Source of the DNA: Octopus bimaculoides
Taxonomy: Eukaryota
Length of the DNA: 64,000 nt
Reading direction: 5' to 3'
Assembly: GCF_001194135.2 (NCBI RefSeq)
Contig: NC_068983.1
Span: 89,676,386 to 89,740,385, forward strand
In this document: in pieces, positions 51,101 to 63,673 of the stretch
How positions within the stretch are numbered: position 1 is the stretch's first letter
Layout of the letters: each line of letters opens with the position of its first letter
Program-made: the position numbers and the translations under genes
The notes under the pieces: generated by a model
Databases searched by the model: none
Seen by the model: the letters and a program-made list of their open reading frames with translations, nothing else
What the model was told of the DNA's origin: nothing

Positions 51101-51679
51101 CCTAAGTTTTGTTTTGACTGAGATTTACCTGATGCTAAACAACAAGAGCAACAATAAAACTAACTAATAGTGTTTGAGACCCACTAGTACTACCTGACTA
51201 TGAAGTTTTTCAGTCCTCAATCTCCAAATACCCTAAATAACATTGTGGTTTACATTTGAACAAGACAGTTATAGAGCAAATAATTATGGTGGATGTTTTG
51301 GCAGAGGTGAATGCCAATGATTGCTGAAGCTGTGACTACTATCACTATTTACTACCACCATCACTACCAGTTCTATTACTACTGTCACAACTTCTAATAA
51401 CAATTTCTTACATAGGTACAAGACCAAAAATTGTTTTCAGGAGATGGGTAGATAAAATGTAATTAGATCAAGGATAAAACTTGACAGGTACTTATTTTAT
51501 CGACCCTGGAAAAATGAAAGACAAACTCAATGTTTATGGGATTTGAATTTGAAATGTAATGGTTCATAATAATAATGACAATAATAATAGTACCACTAAT
51601 CTTACTGTTACTTTTGAGTACAACCAACAACACCCCTACTACTAATACTGTTGTCATTATTAGTATTATTCTAAACACT

Positions 51680-52080
51680 TAGCAGCATTTCATCCGTCTG
51701 CATATTCTGAGTTCAAATTCCACCAAGGTTAACTTTGCCTTTCATCCTTTTGGGGTTTGATAAAATAAATACCAGTTGAGTACTATGGTCGATGTAATTG
51801 ACTTCCCCCTCCCCCAAATTTCAGGCCTTGTGCCTATAGTAGAAAGGATTATTAGTATTATTCTTCAGGCAGCAAGCTGGCAGAATTGTTAGCACACCAG
51901 GCAAAGTGCTTAGTGGCATTTCATCTGTCTTTATGTTCTGAGTTCAAATTCTATTGAGATCGACTTTGCCTTTCATCCTTTCAGAGTCAATAAAATAAGT
52001 ACTAGCTGATTGCTGGGATCAATGTAATCAATTTACCCTCTCCCCCAAAGTTGCTGACCTTGTGTCAAAATTTGAAATTA
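51680..52080 (+). mobile_element. two tandem Deu/Nin-like SINEs
   Basis: Copies at about 51680-51850 and 51868-52080 with ATT flanks. Confidence 0.8.
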
Positions 52081-52190
52081 TTATTGGTGGTATTCTTACT
52101 CTTCTTCTTTTTATTATTAAAGTAGTGAGCACACCAAATGGAAATGTAAAGACAGATGAAATGCTATAAAGCATTTCATGTTTTTACATT

Positions 52191-55100
52191 TGTTGTGATG
52201 AGAGTTATGACACCTTTTTGCAAGAGATAGACTGGTTTGTGTAAAGCATAAATAGTAACAATCCGAGTGAGATCAAGAGTTTGGAGTTCAGAGTCAAGTG
52301 AAGTTCATGTTAGTTCACAATGAAATCAGAAGGTTAGTTCACTAGGAATATTGATTGTTGGTCCATAAAGAAATTTTTCTTTTATTCTTTTATTTGTTTC
52401 AGTCACTTGACTGCTGCCATGCTGGAGCACCACCTTTAGTCGAGAAAATCGACCCCAGCACTTATTCTTTGTAGGCCTGGTACTTATTCTATCGGTCTCT
52501 CTTGCCAAACTGCTAAGTGACGGTGGCGAACGGCTTGTTACATCGTTTTTACTGTTGTCTGGTTATCTTATTTATTGTATGTGACAAATCACATTACAAC
52601 ATCTGGTGATGAGGGTTTCAAAGCTCACATAGGTTATTTAACAATTTGTTCATGATGCAACTTGTTAAACAATGAAAGACCTATTAGCTTCCATAGTACA
52701 ATTGCAAAAGCAACAACAAGAGTAGCAACAACAAGAGAAGCAACTATTACAGCAACAACAATTATTGGAGCTACGTTCAAAGAGGTCCAAAAATGAGGTA
52801 AGTTCATTTTTGCCAGATGGTGTTTCAAACTCAATTAATGAATTCAGTTATAACTCAGATGAAGGTATAACTTTTGCATGATACTATAGAAGGTACAAGG
52901 AGATTTTTAAGCAAACACTGGTCGGACCTCCCCATAAATCTCTATTGTAAAAACGTAAATGGTTGTCCATCTAAAACTAATTCGTCTGAAGAGTTAAAGA
53001 GAAAGTTTTTTAAAATGTTTCCGCAAATACTCTCAGACAAACTAGGTCTATGCACAAAGACTGAAGTGTGTCTTGAATTAGATGATAACATTACACCTGT
53101 GTTCAAGCCTAATAAGAAAGTGCCTTTTTTGGCAAGCAAGTGGACGATGAGTTGGACAGATGGAAAAGAATGGAATCATTGAAAAAGTGTATTATGCAAA
53201 ATGGGCAGCTCTGACTGTATGTATAAAAAAGAAAAATAGCAAAATTAGATTGTGTGCTGATTTTTTGACCGGTTTAAATGACTGTTTAAACATGAACCAT
53301 TATCCACTACTAATTCCAGAAGATATTTTTACAAAACTAAATGGAGGAAAAATATTTTCAAAACTCAATCTGTCTGATGCATATCTACAAATCAAAGTAG
53401 ATAAAAAATGCTCAAAGCTGTAAATGGTCAACACGCATAGAGGTCTATACAAATACAATAGACTACTTTTTGGACTGAAGGTAGCACCTGGAATATTTCA
53501 ACAGGTGATGGATGCAGTGTTGGCAGACTCCTTACCTTGATGATGTGTTAATCAAAAGCAAATCGCAGAATGAACATATTGAACATGTGAAGTGTGTCTT
53601 TAAAAAAATTAAGGATTATGGTTTCACACTTAGTGAAGAGAAATGTGAAATTTTTTGCCTAAAATCAAATACCTAGGTCAAACCATAGATAAGAATGAAA
53701 GACGTCCTGACCTGTTGAGGGCAGACACAATCAAGAATATGCCTCCTCCAATAAATATACCGGCATTACAAGCTTTTCTTGGCCTAGTAAATTACTATCA
53801 GCAGTACATTCCAAATATACATAAATTGAGAGCACCATTAAATGATTTAAAAAAAAAAAAAAAGAAGTAAAATGGAATTGGTCAGTAAAGTACCAAAACG
53901 CATTTGAAGACAAAGAAAAATACTAATTTCTGACTTGTCACTAGTAACATCTGATGCTTTGGAGTATGGACTAGGAGTAGACTTCCTACACAAGTATAAA
54001 GATGGAAATATGAAGCCAGTAATCCATGCTTCACATTCGTTGATAGCAGCAGAAAAAAAGTATAGTCAGATAGAGAAGGAGACTCTATCAATTATTTTTG
54101 CAGTAAAAAAATTTCACAAATTTCTACATAGTAGAATTTTTTTGTTACAAACCGACCATTGACCATTACTATCAATTTTTGGATCAAAGAAGGGATTGCC
54201 TACCCAATGAACGAACTGACAACAATACTGGGGTACAGTATTGCTGAATTACAATTTTAAAATGCAGTATATTCTGTTGAATTAAATTGATCATGGAGAC
54301 TGCTAATGAAGGCTAATTCTCAAGAGTGTGGAACCGCTAGAAGAGACCATGAAGAGACCATCATTGCAGTCAGAAAATGAAATAAGAAGTATTGAGTGTA
54401 ATATAATTTAGGAACTGCTGGTGACAGTGCATGATATAAAAATGAAATCTGTAGAAAATAGTTACATTACAAAAATGAACGAAACATTGAAAAATAAGCA
54501 TAATAAACATACAACTTCAAATAATTTCTCACTATGTAATAAGTATTGCAACAATTTCACTGTGGGCACCCGGGAATGTCCAGAATGAAAGCTTTAATGA
54601 GGAGCTTTGTATATTGGCTGACTATAGACAGGGATATCAAGAAATTGGTGAAAGCATGTGGAGGTTGCATGTTGGCAGCCAAAGCACCAACAGTAAAATG
54701 CCAATCATGACTGGTGACTGAGAGCCTATAGTCCAGGAAACGTATCAACTACGCTGGACCATTGAACAGCGCATACTATCTAATTGTTGTGGATAGTTAT
54801 ACAAAGTGGCCAGAGGTATGCAGATGTAATAAACCCACAGCAAAAATAATAAAGTTCCTACGCAAATTATTTGTTTGATATGGTGTTCCAGACACATTAG
54901 TTTCAGATAATAGAAACAATTCACAGGATATGGATTAAGAAATTTCTCCAAAATACATGCCATAAAGCCCATCTTTACCCTGCCCTACCACCCGTGGTCA
55001 AATGGGCAGGCGGAAAGATTAACCAACACATTCAAAAGAGCTCTAAGTAAAGCTAGGAATGAGCTAGATAATGACGCAGCACTAACAAAATTTTTGAGAG

Positions 55101-55480
55101 TATATAGAATAATGCCAAATCCAAATACTAATTCAGGGAAGTCATCAGCAGAGTTAATGTTTGTGCATAAAATAAAATTGCTCTTCAATAAACTATTGCC
55201 AGGAAAAAATACATATACATATAAAGACAAAAAATACATTTGAAGGAAATACAAGAAATATTACAAAACATTTCAAAGTAGGAAATATAGTTCATTTTTA
55301 AAATTACAAAAATGGTGAAGAAGGTTGATAAGATGACTGAGTAATCAAAAGATTAGGTAACATTGAGTATTTAATTAAAGGACAATGTTCAGAACATAAG
55401 AGACACCTTAACCAGTTAAAGATGAGACATACCGAAGAACAAAGAAGAACATCACCTCTGGATATGTGTAGAAATGGGAA
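52191..55480 (+). mobile_element. decayed Ty3/gypsy (Mag-like) element with internal deletion
   Basis: LTR end ..tacaaca (52601) then PBS tggtgatgag (52604-52613, CpG-decayed TGGCGACGAG); RT KLNLSDAYLQ; RNase H SDAL..GLG, YSQIEKE; integrase LIVVDSYTKW, HPWSNGQAER; 5' boundary approximate. Confidence 0.88.
52374..52523 (-). mobile_element. second SINE family nested in the gypsy LTR
   Basis: gagaccgatagaataagtaccagg...gctccagcatggc...gactgaaacaaataaaagaata on the - strand. Confidence 0.7.
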
Positions 55481-55896
55481 TGCATATGTGATTAATTCTC
55501 ATACAGTTTTGTTCACAGTGTTGTTATATATGGATCTCACAGCTCTTCATGCATTACTTACACCTTCACACACATATTTTGCCATGACAACACATCTGGA
55601 AGAAACTATACTTCATTTATTTCATATATGAAAGAAATCTTTCGGTTTCCTGAAATGATTTACATAACAAATTTTATTTTATTTTCTTTTATTCTTTTTT
55701 GTGGTTTCTTAAATCCTGCTTGCCGATGATCTCAGATTTAATCTTTCCTCACAGGAAGCTTGCTGATAATGAACATGATGTTCATTATTCACTGTAGGCC
55801 ATCAGATCTTGCAGCTCCTCATATTGTTTATATTTTCATGTACATGTTTTGATGTAGCAAGACATCTAGAAGTAACTATGCTTTTTATACTTCATA

Positions 55897-56590
55897 CAAG
55901 GTGGTATCATAAAGTTCCTGGACTAGTTCTGTAGATGGCAACACACAGTTGTGTGCACACTAAGAGCTAGCAGTGACCTTCATGAGGCAGTGTGCCAAGT
56001 GACATCACTGTGTTTACTTTGCATGTTGTGAAATTTGTGTTTTTTTGATCATGCGTATGCTGTAGTCAACAATTTTGTCATGGTCAGGAACAAAGAGCCA
56101 TCGTGAAATTTTGGGGTAAACTTGGAAAGTTTGCTACAGAAACATTGAGCATGCTTTGGCAAGCTTACAGTAACAAGGAAATGGGTCATATGCAATGTTT
56201 CGATTGGCACAGGAGCGCAAAGTATTGGATTCTTCACCGAGCTCTCCTCACACATGAGTTTCTCACCAAAAACAGCATGGTATCACTTTTACACCCACCC
56301 TATTCGCCAGATTTATCACCTGCAGACTTCCATCTCTTCCTCAAGGTGAAAATGCAGCTCAAAGGTTGTCATTTTAGCACCAGTGTCGAGATCCAGAGTG
56401 AACTGCTAAGGTTTTTGACTCACTTACAGAAAACAACTTCCAAGCCAGATTCCAAAAAAGGCAGGAATGCTAGGACCAGTGTATTGCTGCACAAGGTGAC
56501 TATTTTGAAGGAGATGATGTTAAAACTTAGATAAATAAGTTATATTTTTAATAAACGTAACTAGTCCAGGAACCTTTTGATACCATCTTG
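55897..56590 (+). mobile_element. internally deleted mariner element (694 bp)
   Basis: 31-bp TIRs caaggtggtatcataaagttcctggactagt / actagtccaggaaccttttgataccatcttg; TA TSDs; HPPYSPDLSPADFHLF. Confidence 0.93.
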
Positions 56591-56599
56591 TACATGACA

Positions 56600-57530
56600 A
56601 AAATTAACCAGGGCCTTTCTGTGGGCTTAAATCTCAGCACCTGGAGAAATAAATTCATACTATCAAACAGCATCATGGAGTACTGGATAGATGGACCTGT
56701 TAGGTTGCTTAGCATCTAGTTTGGTCCTGATCTCCATGTGGATAATAACTGGGATGATGTTACAAGTTGTGTGGTCAATCTCACCCTAAAATGGTTTCAG
56801 AGGAAACTATCCTTGAAACATCAAGTAGGGAGGCTGAATGTATGTGTCACCTCCATTATATATACCATCACCATCATGCCTTGCCCTAGTTTTCATTTGA
56901 TCAGAGTGGAGCATCTGCTCTTTTAATTCTTGTGGAAGGTGTAGAAGGGGCACAAACCACTGGTCAGGCAATTCATCTATTGTCAACATCATCTACATAG
57001 AGGGCTTGGTATGCCGCAGCTACTGATGCACAGACATGTACTAAGACTACAACATCCACAAATATTCCTAGAGGGAGAGTAGGTGTGACAGGCTTTTGTC
57101 AAGAATTTTTTCTCGGTTTGTCTGTTAGGCAGAGCTGCAGTCTTGGATAAAGCAAAGACCAAGACTGAGCAACAGACATCTGGAATGCTGCCAGGTACTC
57201 ATAGCTCTCTACCAATCAGGTAATGCAGTCAATAGAACTCCTCTTCGGTGATCTATAAAGGACTAGTGGTGGGAAAGAGTGAAAAACACTCTCAAAGAAA
57301 CTCTGAATCAAGTGGCTAGTCTGTTCTGGAGAATGTTTAGCTAAGGAATAATGGATAATTTCAAAAAATCCCTGGCCTCTCGGTGCTACCAGAGTTCATT
57401 GTTGGTACAGAACAAACTCTACAGTCATGAAAGTGCCATCAACCAGGCCTGTCTAAGATGTATAAACAGGGACAAGCCCTGATGCTTGGGGATTACAAAA
57501 ATATTTACCAACTTAATATCCGAGGCAATG
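56600..57530 (+). mobile_element. Tx1/L1-like C-terminal fragment
   Basis: Homologous to 43100-43790 (WFQRKLSLK, GLGMPQLLMHRH). Confidence 0.75.
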
Positions 57531-58249
57531 TCTACCTAAGAGAAAGAATTTTGAAACTGATAACATAACGCTGACAGTGACATCAACTTGTCTTGGTTCA
57601 CTTTCTAATATATGTCACTGACTATTCATACTGCAGTTACTATTATCGTTATTGTTATTGTCATTGTTGTTGTTGCTATCATTGAGCCTGTGTAGCTTCT
57701 GTGTTCTTTTTTTCCCTTCCTCCTCTCTACTGTGTATATATGCAGCTGCAACCACGTATGAATGTGTGTATATCTGCCTGAATATGTATGGAAAGGGCAT
57801 GGCCTCCATCATCGTCTTTACATCAATGTTTTATTTATTTGTCTGCTATTAATACCATCCTACAACTTCATACATTGTTACCTGCTAATCCAGTGATGCT
57901 GAGCGTAATTTGCATAAAGAGCATGCATCCCTTTAAGCTTTGTAACTTTTGCTGAGGAGTTGAATCAACCATATTACACTATTTGGCTAATTGTCTTGCA
58001 TAATAACAACAGTCAATTTTTGAAACACGTGTATGTTTATAAAGCTTAAAATACCAATTGCGATTTGTATGTTTACAATTACTGTAACATGGCTCAAATT
58101 CCACACACTAGTATATCAAGAAGTTTGATGACCTTCATCTAACTGCACTGGGTATAGGAGCGAGTGTGGAACTTTTTAAGACCAAACCTTTGATTATCTA
58201 TCAAGCCGTCCAGCACACCTTTGTACTACACAATATATGTGCATGTATG

Positions 58250-58341
<92 letters not shown>

Positions 58342-58628
58342 AAGTATGGGGGTTTAGTTCACAGGTGATCTAAATGATTAGGTACACTAGGTAAGTGCTG
58401 TAATGGATTGCTAGGGCTCCAAGGTTATAGCCAAGACGGTAGTTATGGAGCCATTGCAGATTTCCGATGCAGTAGATATCTAATTGTTAAATAGGACAAC
58501 AAACATTAAGGCAAGGCAAACATCTCAAGCCGTATATAATATTATTATCAGAAAAACTGGGATATCCCCGAGTATGGGATATTCCATCATCAGAGATAAA
58601 TAGGGAAAAAATAGGGAAAATGAGAATG

Positions 58629-59060
58629 GTATATATTAATAAAATGACGACATAGAGGAAGGGAGTGAAAGAATAAGGAGATGGAAAGAAAGAAGAAAAA
58701 AGAAGCATAAAAGTTCATATTTCAACTTTTCAAAGTTATAGAAACAAGAGCATGAGTCCTTAGGTGCAATCCTGCATAGATCCATGAGTGTAAGTCCTAC
58801 GCAGGATTGCAAGCTAAGGACTTACACTCATGGACCTAAGTGCAATCCTACATAGGTCCATGAGTGTAAGTCCTTAGCTTGCAATCCTGCGTAGGACTTA
58901 CACTCATGGATCTATGCAGGATTGCACCTAAGGACTCATGCTCTTGTTTCTGTAACTTTAGAAAGTTGAACTATGAACTTTTATGCTTTTTTTCTTCTTT
59001 CTTTCCATTTCCTTATTCTTTTACTCCCTTCCTCTATGTTGTCATCTCATTAATATATAC
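58629..59060. mobile_element. 432-bp foldback palindrome with nested inverted 38-bp units
   Basis: Arms 58629-58838 / 58853-59060; inner 98 bp identical; 14-nt loop. Confidence 0.85.
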
Positions 59061-62000
59061 ACCTGCTTGTACCCGTGTTCCCACCCCCTCCACCTGTACC
59101 AGAAGTTCCTATCTTCTACACCAGTACCGGTGGTTCCTGTCTTCTACTCCAGTACCGGTAGTTCCTTGACTGTCTCCCATGAACACTTCTAAAGACTTCT
59201 TGCCATTCCCCCTACCCACACTTAGGGTTTATCCCCAGTGTAAGGTAAAGATCATTTGGTGCAAATGGAGAAATGGGTGGATAGGGTAATCAAGGTAGTT
59301 AGAGTGTGAATACTTAAGATTAGATTAGTCCTTCACCATGGGTTAGCAACCATTATCTCGGCCTATGCCCCTCAGCCCGGGCTACCCGATGGACAGAAAG
59401 ACCGATTTTATGACACCCTCCTGCAGACTACCTCATCGATGAATGACAGGGACTTTCTCTTTGTGGCTGGTGACTTCAATGGTCATGTTGGACAACATTC
59501 AGGGGGCTTCTATGGCGTACATGGAGGCTATGGTTTTGGTTCCCACAATGAGGAGGGAACCAGGCTGCTGGAGTTCTGTGATGCAAATGACCTTATGGTC
59601 TGCAATACTAACTTCAGGAAACCTGCCAGTCACCTACCATTCTGGCAGGCACACTAGCCAAATTGACTACATCCTCGCCAGGAAAAGGGAAAGATGGCTG
59701 CTTATAAATGCCAAAACCTTCCCAGGCGAAGAATGTACCCCACAACATAGACTAGTAGTTAGTGACTTCAGGATCAGGGTTAAGTGGTTGCCTAGAAGAC
59801 GACCAACTTGGAGGAGAAGGGATTGGAAGCTTAAAGATCCTGTGAATGGACAGAGATTTAGAGACTTATTACTCAAAGCCTTTGATGAAATAGAGGGGAA
59901 TGTAGCTTCACACAAGGTAGAAGACAACTGGTTGTTTCTACGGGACAACCTGCTGAGGGCCACTGACCAGATCTGTGGATGGTGCAAAGTCCCCTCTCGA
60001 CCCAAAATAATGTGGTGGTGGAACAATGTTGTTGACAGGGCTATTAGACAAAAGAAACAGGGTTGGAAGGACTGGAAGAATGGTGGTAGCAGGGAATTGT
60101 ATCAGACTGCCAGAAGGGAAGCTAGGCGATAGGTTTATTTAGCCAGAGGGGAAGCAGATAAAAAAAAAATTTGCCAATGTTCTGCAAGACAGTGTGTGAG
60201 AGAGAATCGTGATGTCGTGGGAGAGAAATGTGTTCGCATGGNNNNNNNNNNNNNNNNNNNNNNNNNNNNNNNNNNNNNNNNNNNNNNNNNNNNNNNNNNN
60301 NNNNNNNNNNNNNNNNNNNNNNNNNNNNNNNNNNNNNNNNNNNNNNNNNNNNNNNNNNNNNNNNNNNNNNNNNNNNNNNNNNNNNNNNNNNNNNNNNNNN
60401 NNNNNNNNNNNNNNNNNNNNNNNNNNNNNNNNNNNNNNNNNNNNNNNNNNNNNNNNNNNNNNNNNNNNNNNNNNNNNNNNNNNNNNNNNNNNNNNNNNNN
60501 NNNNNNNNNNNNNNNNNNNNNNNNNNNNNNNNNNNNNNNNNNNNNNNNNNNNNNNNNNNNNNNNNNNNNNNNNNNNNNNNNNNNNNNNNNNNNNNNNNNN
60601 NNNNNNNNNNNNNNNNNNNNNNNNNNNNNNNNNNNNNNNNNNNNNNNNNNNNNNNNNNNNNNNNNNNNNNNNNNNNNNNNNNNNNNNNNNNNNNNNNNNN
60701 NNNNNNNNNNNNNNNNNNNNNNNNNNNNNNNNNNNNNNNNNNNNNNNNNNNNNNNNNNNNNNNNNNNNNNNNNNNNNNNNNNNNNNNNNNNNNNNNNNNN
60801 NNNNNNNNNNNNNNNNNNNNNNNNNNNNNNNNNNNNNNNNNNNNNNNNNNNNNNNNNNNNNNNNNNNNNNNNNNNNNNNNNNNNNNNNNNNNNNNNNNNN
60901 NNNNNNNNNNNNNNNNNNNNNNNNNNNNNNNNNNNNNNNNNNNNNNNNNNNNNNNNNNNNNNNNNNNNNNNNNNNNNGAAGGGCCTTAGAATCAACCTAG
61001 CTAAAACCAAAGTCCTAATAAATAGGAAGGTAGACAAAACACAAACCCTTTCAGGTAGATGGCCCTGCTCGATCTGTAGAAAAGGCGTAGGCAGAAACTC
61101 TAAAAGATGCATCAAGTGCAAGCTATGGACACATAAGAGGTGCAGCAATATCAAAGGAAGGTTAACTAGGAAGTTAGTATTTGTATGTAGCAGATGCTCA
61201 AGAGCAATAAACACTGTGAATGTGCAGAAAACAACTTCTGCCACATTCCAGGGAGAAAAACTAGAAGTAGTTGATAGCTTCCGCTATCTGGGTGACCAAG
61301 ATAGTAGTGGGGGGAGGGTGCACTGAAAGTGTAGCTGCTAGAATAAGAATAGCCTGGGCAAAGTTCAGAGAGCTCTTACCTCTGCTGGTGACAAAGGGTC
61401 TCTCTCTCAGAGTAAAAGGCAGACTGTATGACGCATGTGTACGAACAGCCATGCTTCATGGCAGTGAAACATGGGCCGTGACAGCTGAAGACATGCGTAG
61501 GCTCGCAAGGAATGAAGCCAGTATGCTCCGATGGATGTGTAATGTTAGTGTGCATACTCGACAGAGTGTAAGTCTCTTGAGAGAAAAGTTGAACATAAGA
61601 AGCATCAGCTGTGGTGCGCAAGAGAGATGGTTGCGCTGGCATGGTCATGTAGCGAGAATGGATGACGATAGCTGTGTGAAAAAGTGCCACACCCTAGCAG
61701 TTGAGGGAACCTGTGGAAGAAGTAGGCCCAGGAAGACCTGGGATGAGGTGGTGAGGCACGACCTTCGAACATATATATACCCGGCAAGCTAAGTGAGACC
61801 AAAATCCAAGGCCTCTACCAGGGATGTAGCCAGCCCACTTATGCGTACCTTCCTTCATTGGACACTAAACTCCACTTGCGAAGACCTGTTGAGGCAAGTG
61901 AAATCGGAATTGAAATCGAACTAAACTCTACGACTGGCACCCATGCCAACGACGTCTTCTTCATTGGACACGAAACTCGGCCTGTGAAGACCTGTTGGGG

Positions 62001-62345
62001 CAAGCGAAGCGAAATCATGATGGCACCTGTGCCCAGCGTCACCTTTCTGGCACTTGTGCCGGTGGCACGTGTAAAGACATTCAAGTGAGATCGTTGCCAG
62101 TGCCGCTGGACTGGCTCCTGTGCAGGTGGCATGTAAAATACACCATTCTGAGCGTGGCCGTTGCCAGTACCTCCTGACTGGCATTTGTGCCAGTGGCACG
62201 TAAAAGCACCCACTACACTCTCAGAGTGGTTGGCGTTAGGAAGGGCATCCAGCTGTAGAAACTCTGCCAAATCAGATTGGAGCCTGGTGTAGCCATCTGG
62301 TTTCACCAGTCCTCAGTCAAATTGTCCAACCCATGCTAGCATGGA
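59061..62345 (+). mobile_element. near full-length RTE LINE (APE, RT largely in gap, PHD-like finger), disrupted
   Basis: SAYAPQ, VAGDFNGHVG, SQIDYIL, QHRLVV; stop at 60130; FRYLGD; RTE 3' UTR. Confidence 0.92.
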
Positions 62346-63093
62346 NNNNNNNNNNNNNNNNNNNNNNNNNNNNNNNNNNNNNNNNNNNNNNNNNNNNNNN
62401 NNNNNNNNNNNNNNNNNNNNNNNNNNNNNNNNNNNNNNNNNNNNNNNNNNNNNNNNNNNNNNNNNNNNNNNNNNNNNNNNNNNNNNNNNNNNNNNNNNNN
62501 NNNNNNNNNNNNNNNNNNNNNNNNNNNNNNNNNNNNNNNNNNNNNNNNNNNNNNNNNNNNNNNNNNNNNNNNNNNNNNNNNNNNNNNNNNNNNNNNNNNN
62601 NNNNNNNNNNNNNNNNNNNNNNNNNNNNNNNNNNNNNNNNNNNNNNNNNNNNNNNNNNNNNNNNNNNNNNNNNNNNNNNNNNNNNNNNNNNNNNNNNNNN
62701 NNNNNNNNNNNNNNNNNNNNNNNNNNNNNNNNNNNNNNNNNNNNNNNNNNNNNCAACTCCATTTAATTGAACAATGTAATCATTACAGCAATTTAAAATG
62801 CAGAGCAATCCTCAGCTGCACAAAGACATAGAATTTAATTAAATTAGAACAAATTGACACATTAGTATAATAATACCTAAAATCTCCAAGAAGAAAAAGT
62901 ATAACAATTCAAAATATATTAGACTAAAAATTATATATTTACTTCTTTAACTAATATCAATAAAAGACTGATGTCTGGTATCAGTTAAAGGAATATTTAA
63001 GTTATGGAACATTCAAATTTTACACTAATCTTTCTATATATAAACTGAGGGATTATATTATAGGTTTAAGAAGTTATTATTGTTATTCCTTAC

Positions 63094-63161
63094 ATGATAT
63101 TTATAGTTTCTTGGTGGTACTTGTTCAGAAGGGTTATTTATATAAAGGCCCCTATAAAATA
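63094..63161 (-). CDS. candidate 68-nt exon (FYRGLYINNPSEQVPPRNYKYH)
   Basis: Acceptor ctctaccctcctgttcttag (alternative at 63151), donor CAT|gtaagg. Confidence 0.4.
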
Positions 63162-63627
63162 CTAAGAACAGGAGGGTAGAGTCATTTAAGAAAGAGATAA
63201 ATCAAGTAATCTCTAAAGATCATTTCAAACAATATTGTCTTATTGTACAAAGTTAAAATTCAGGGTAATCAAGAAGATTATTAAGAATGAAATTTTATCA
63301 AAAGAATAAAACTTCTATGAATATTCTGAGTATATACCAAATTTTTACCACAATAGAGGGAGGAAAAGAAAATTGCAAAGAAAATAGTTTAATATTTATT
63401 TATTTATTACTTTCTAAATATTAACTTATATGGTTTCCATAGAGATTGATCAATTGAATTTCCCTGGTTTTTAATAATGGACCAACTGAGGTTAAAGAAC
63501 ATATTAATTATATACTGATTGTATTAAATTGAACTATTTTAAGTTCTTGAGATACCTGTATTACCTTATATAAGCTGAGTGTGAAATAATAGGGGTACAA
63601 GGATTAGATTTATTTAAGGCTACTATA

Positions 63628-63672
<45 letters not shown>

Positions 63673-63673
<1 letters not shown>

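Noticed and set aside
58741-58950. CRISPR-like array of 38-bp repeats
   Set aside because: Units are contiguous and inverted with no unique spacers, there are no cas genes, and the context is eukaryotic
57882-63485. Joining 63485-63426 to 57951-57882 gives an SDS22-like LRR (IQLINLYGNHITKVTKLKGMHAL)
   Set aside because: It needs a weak GTTAAT donor, skips a stronger exon at 63094-63161, and the second repeat lacks the conserved Asn
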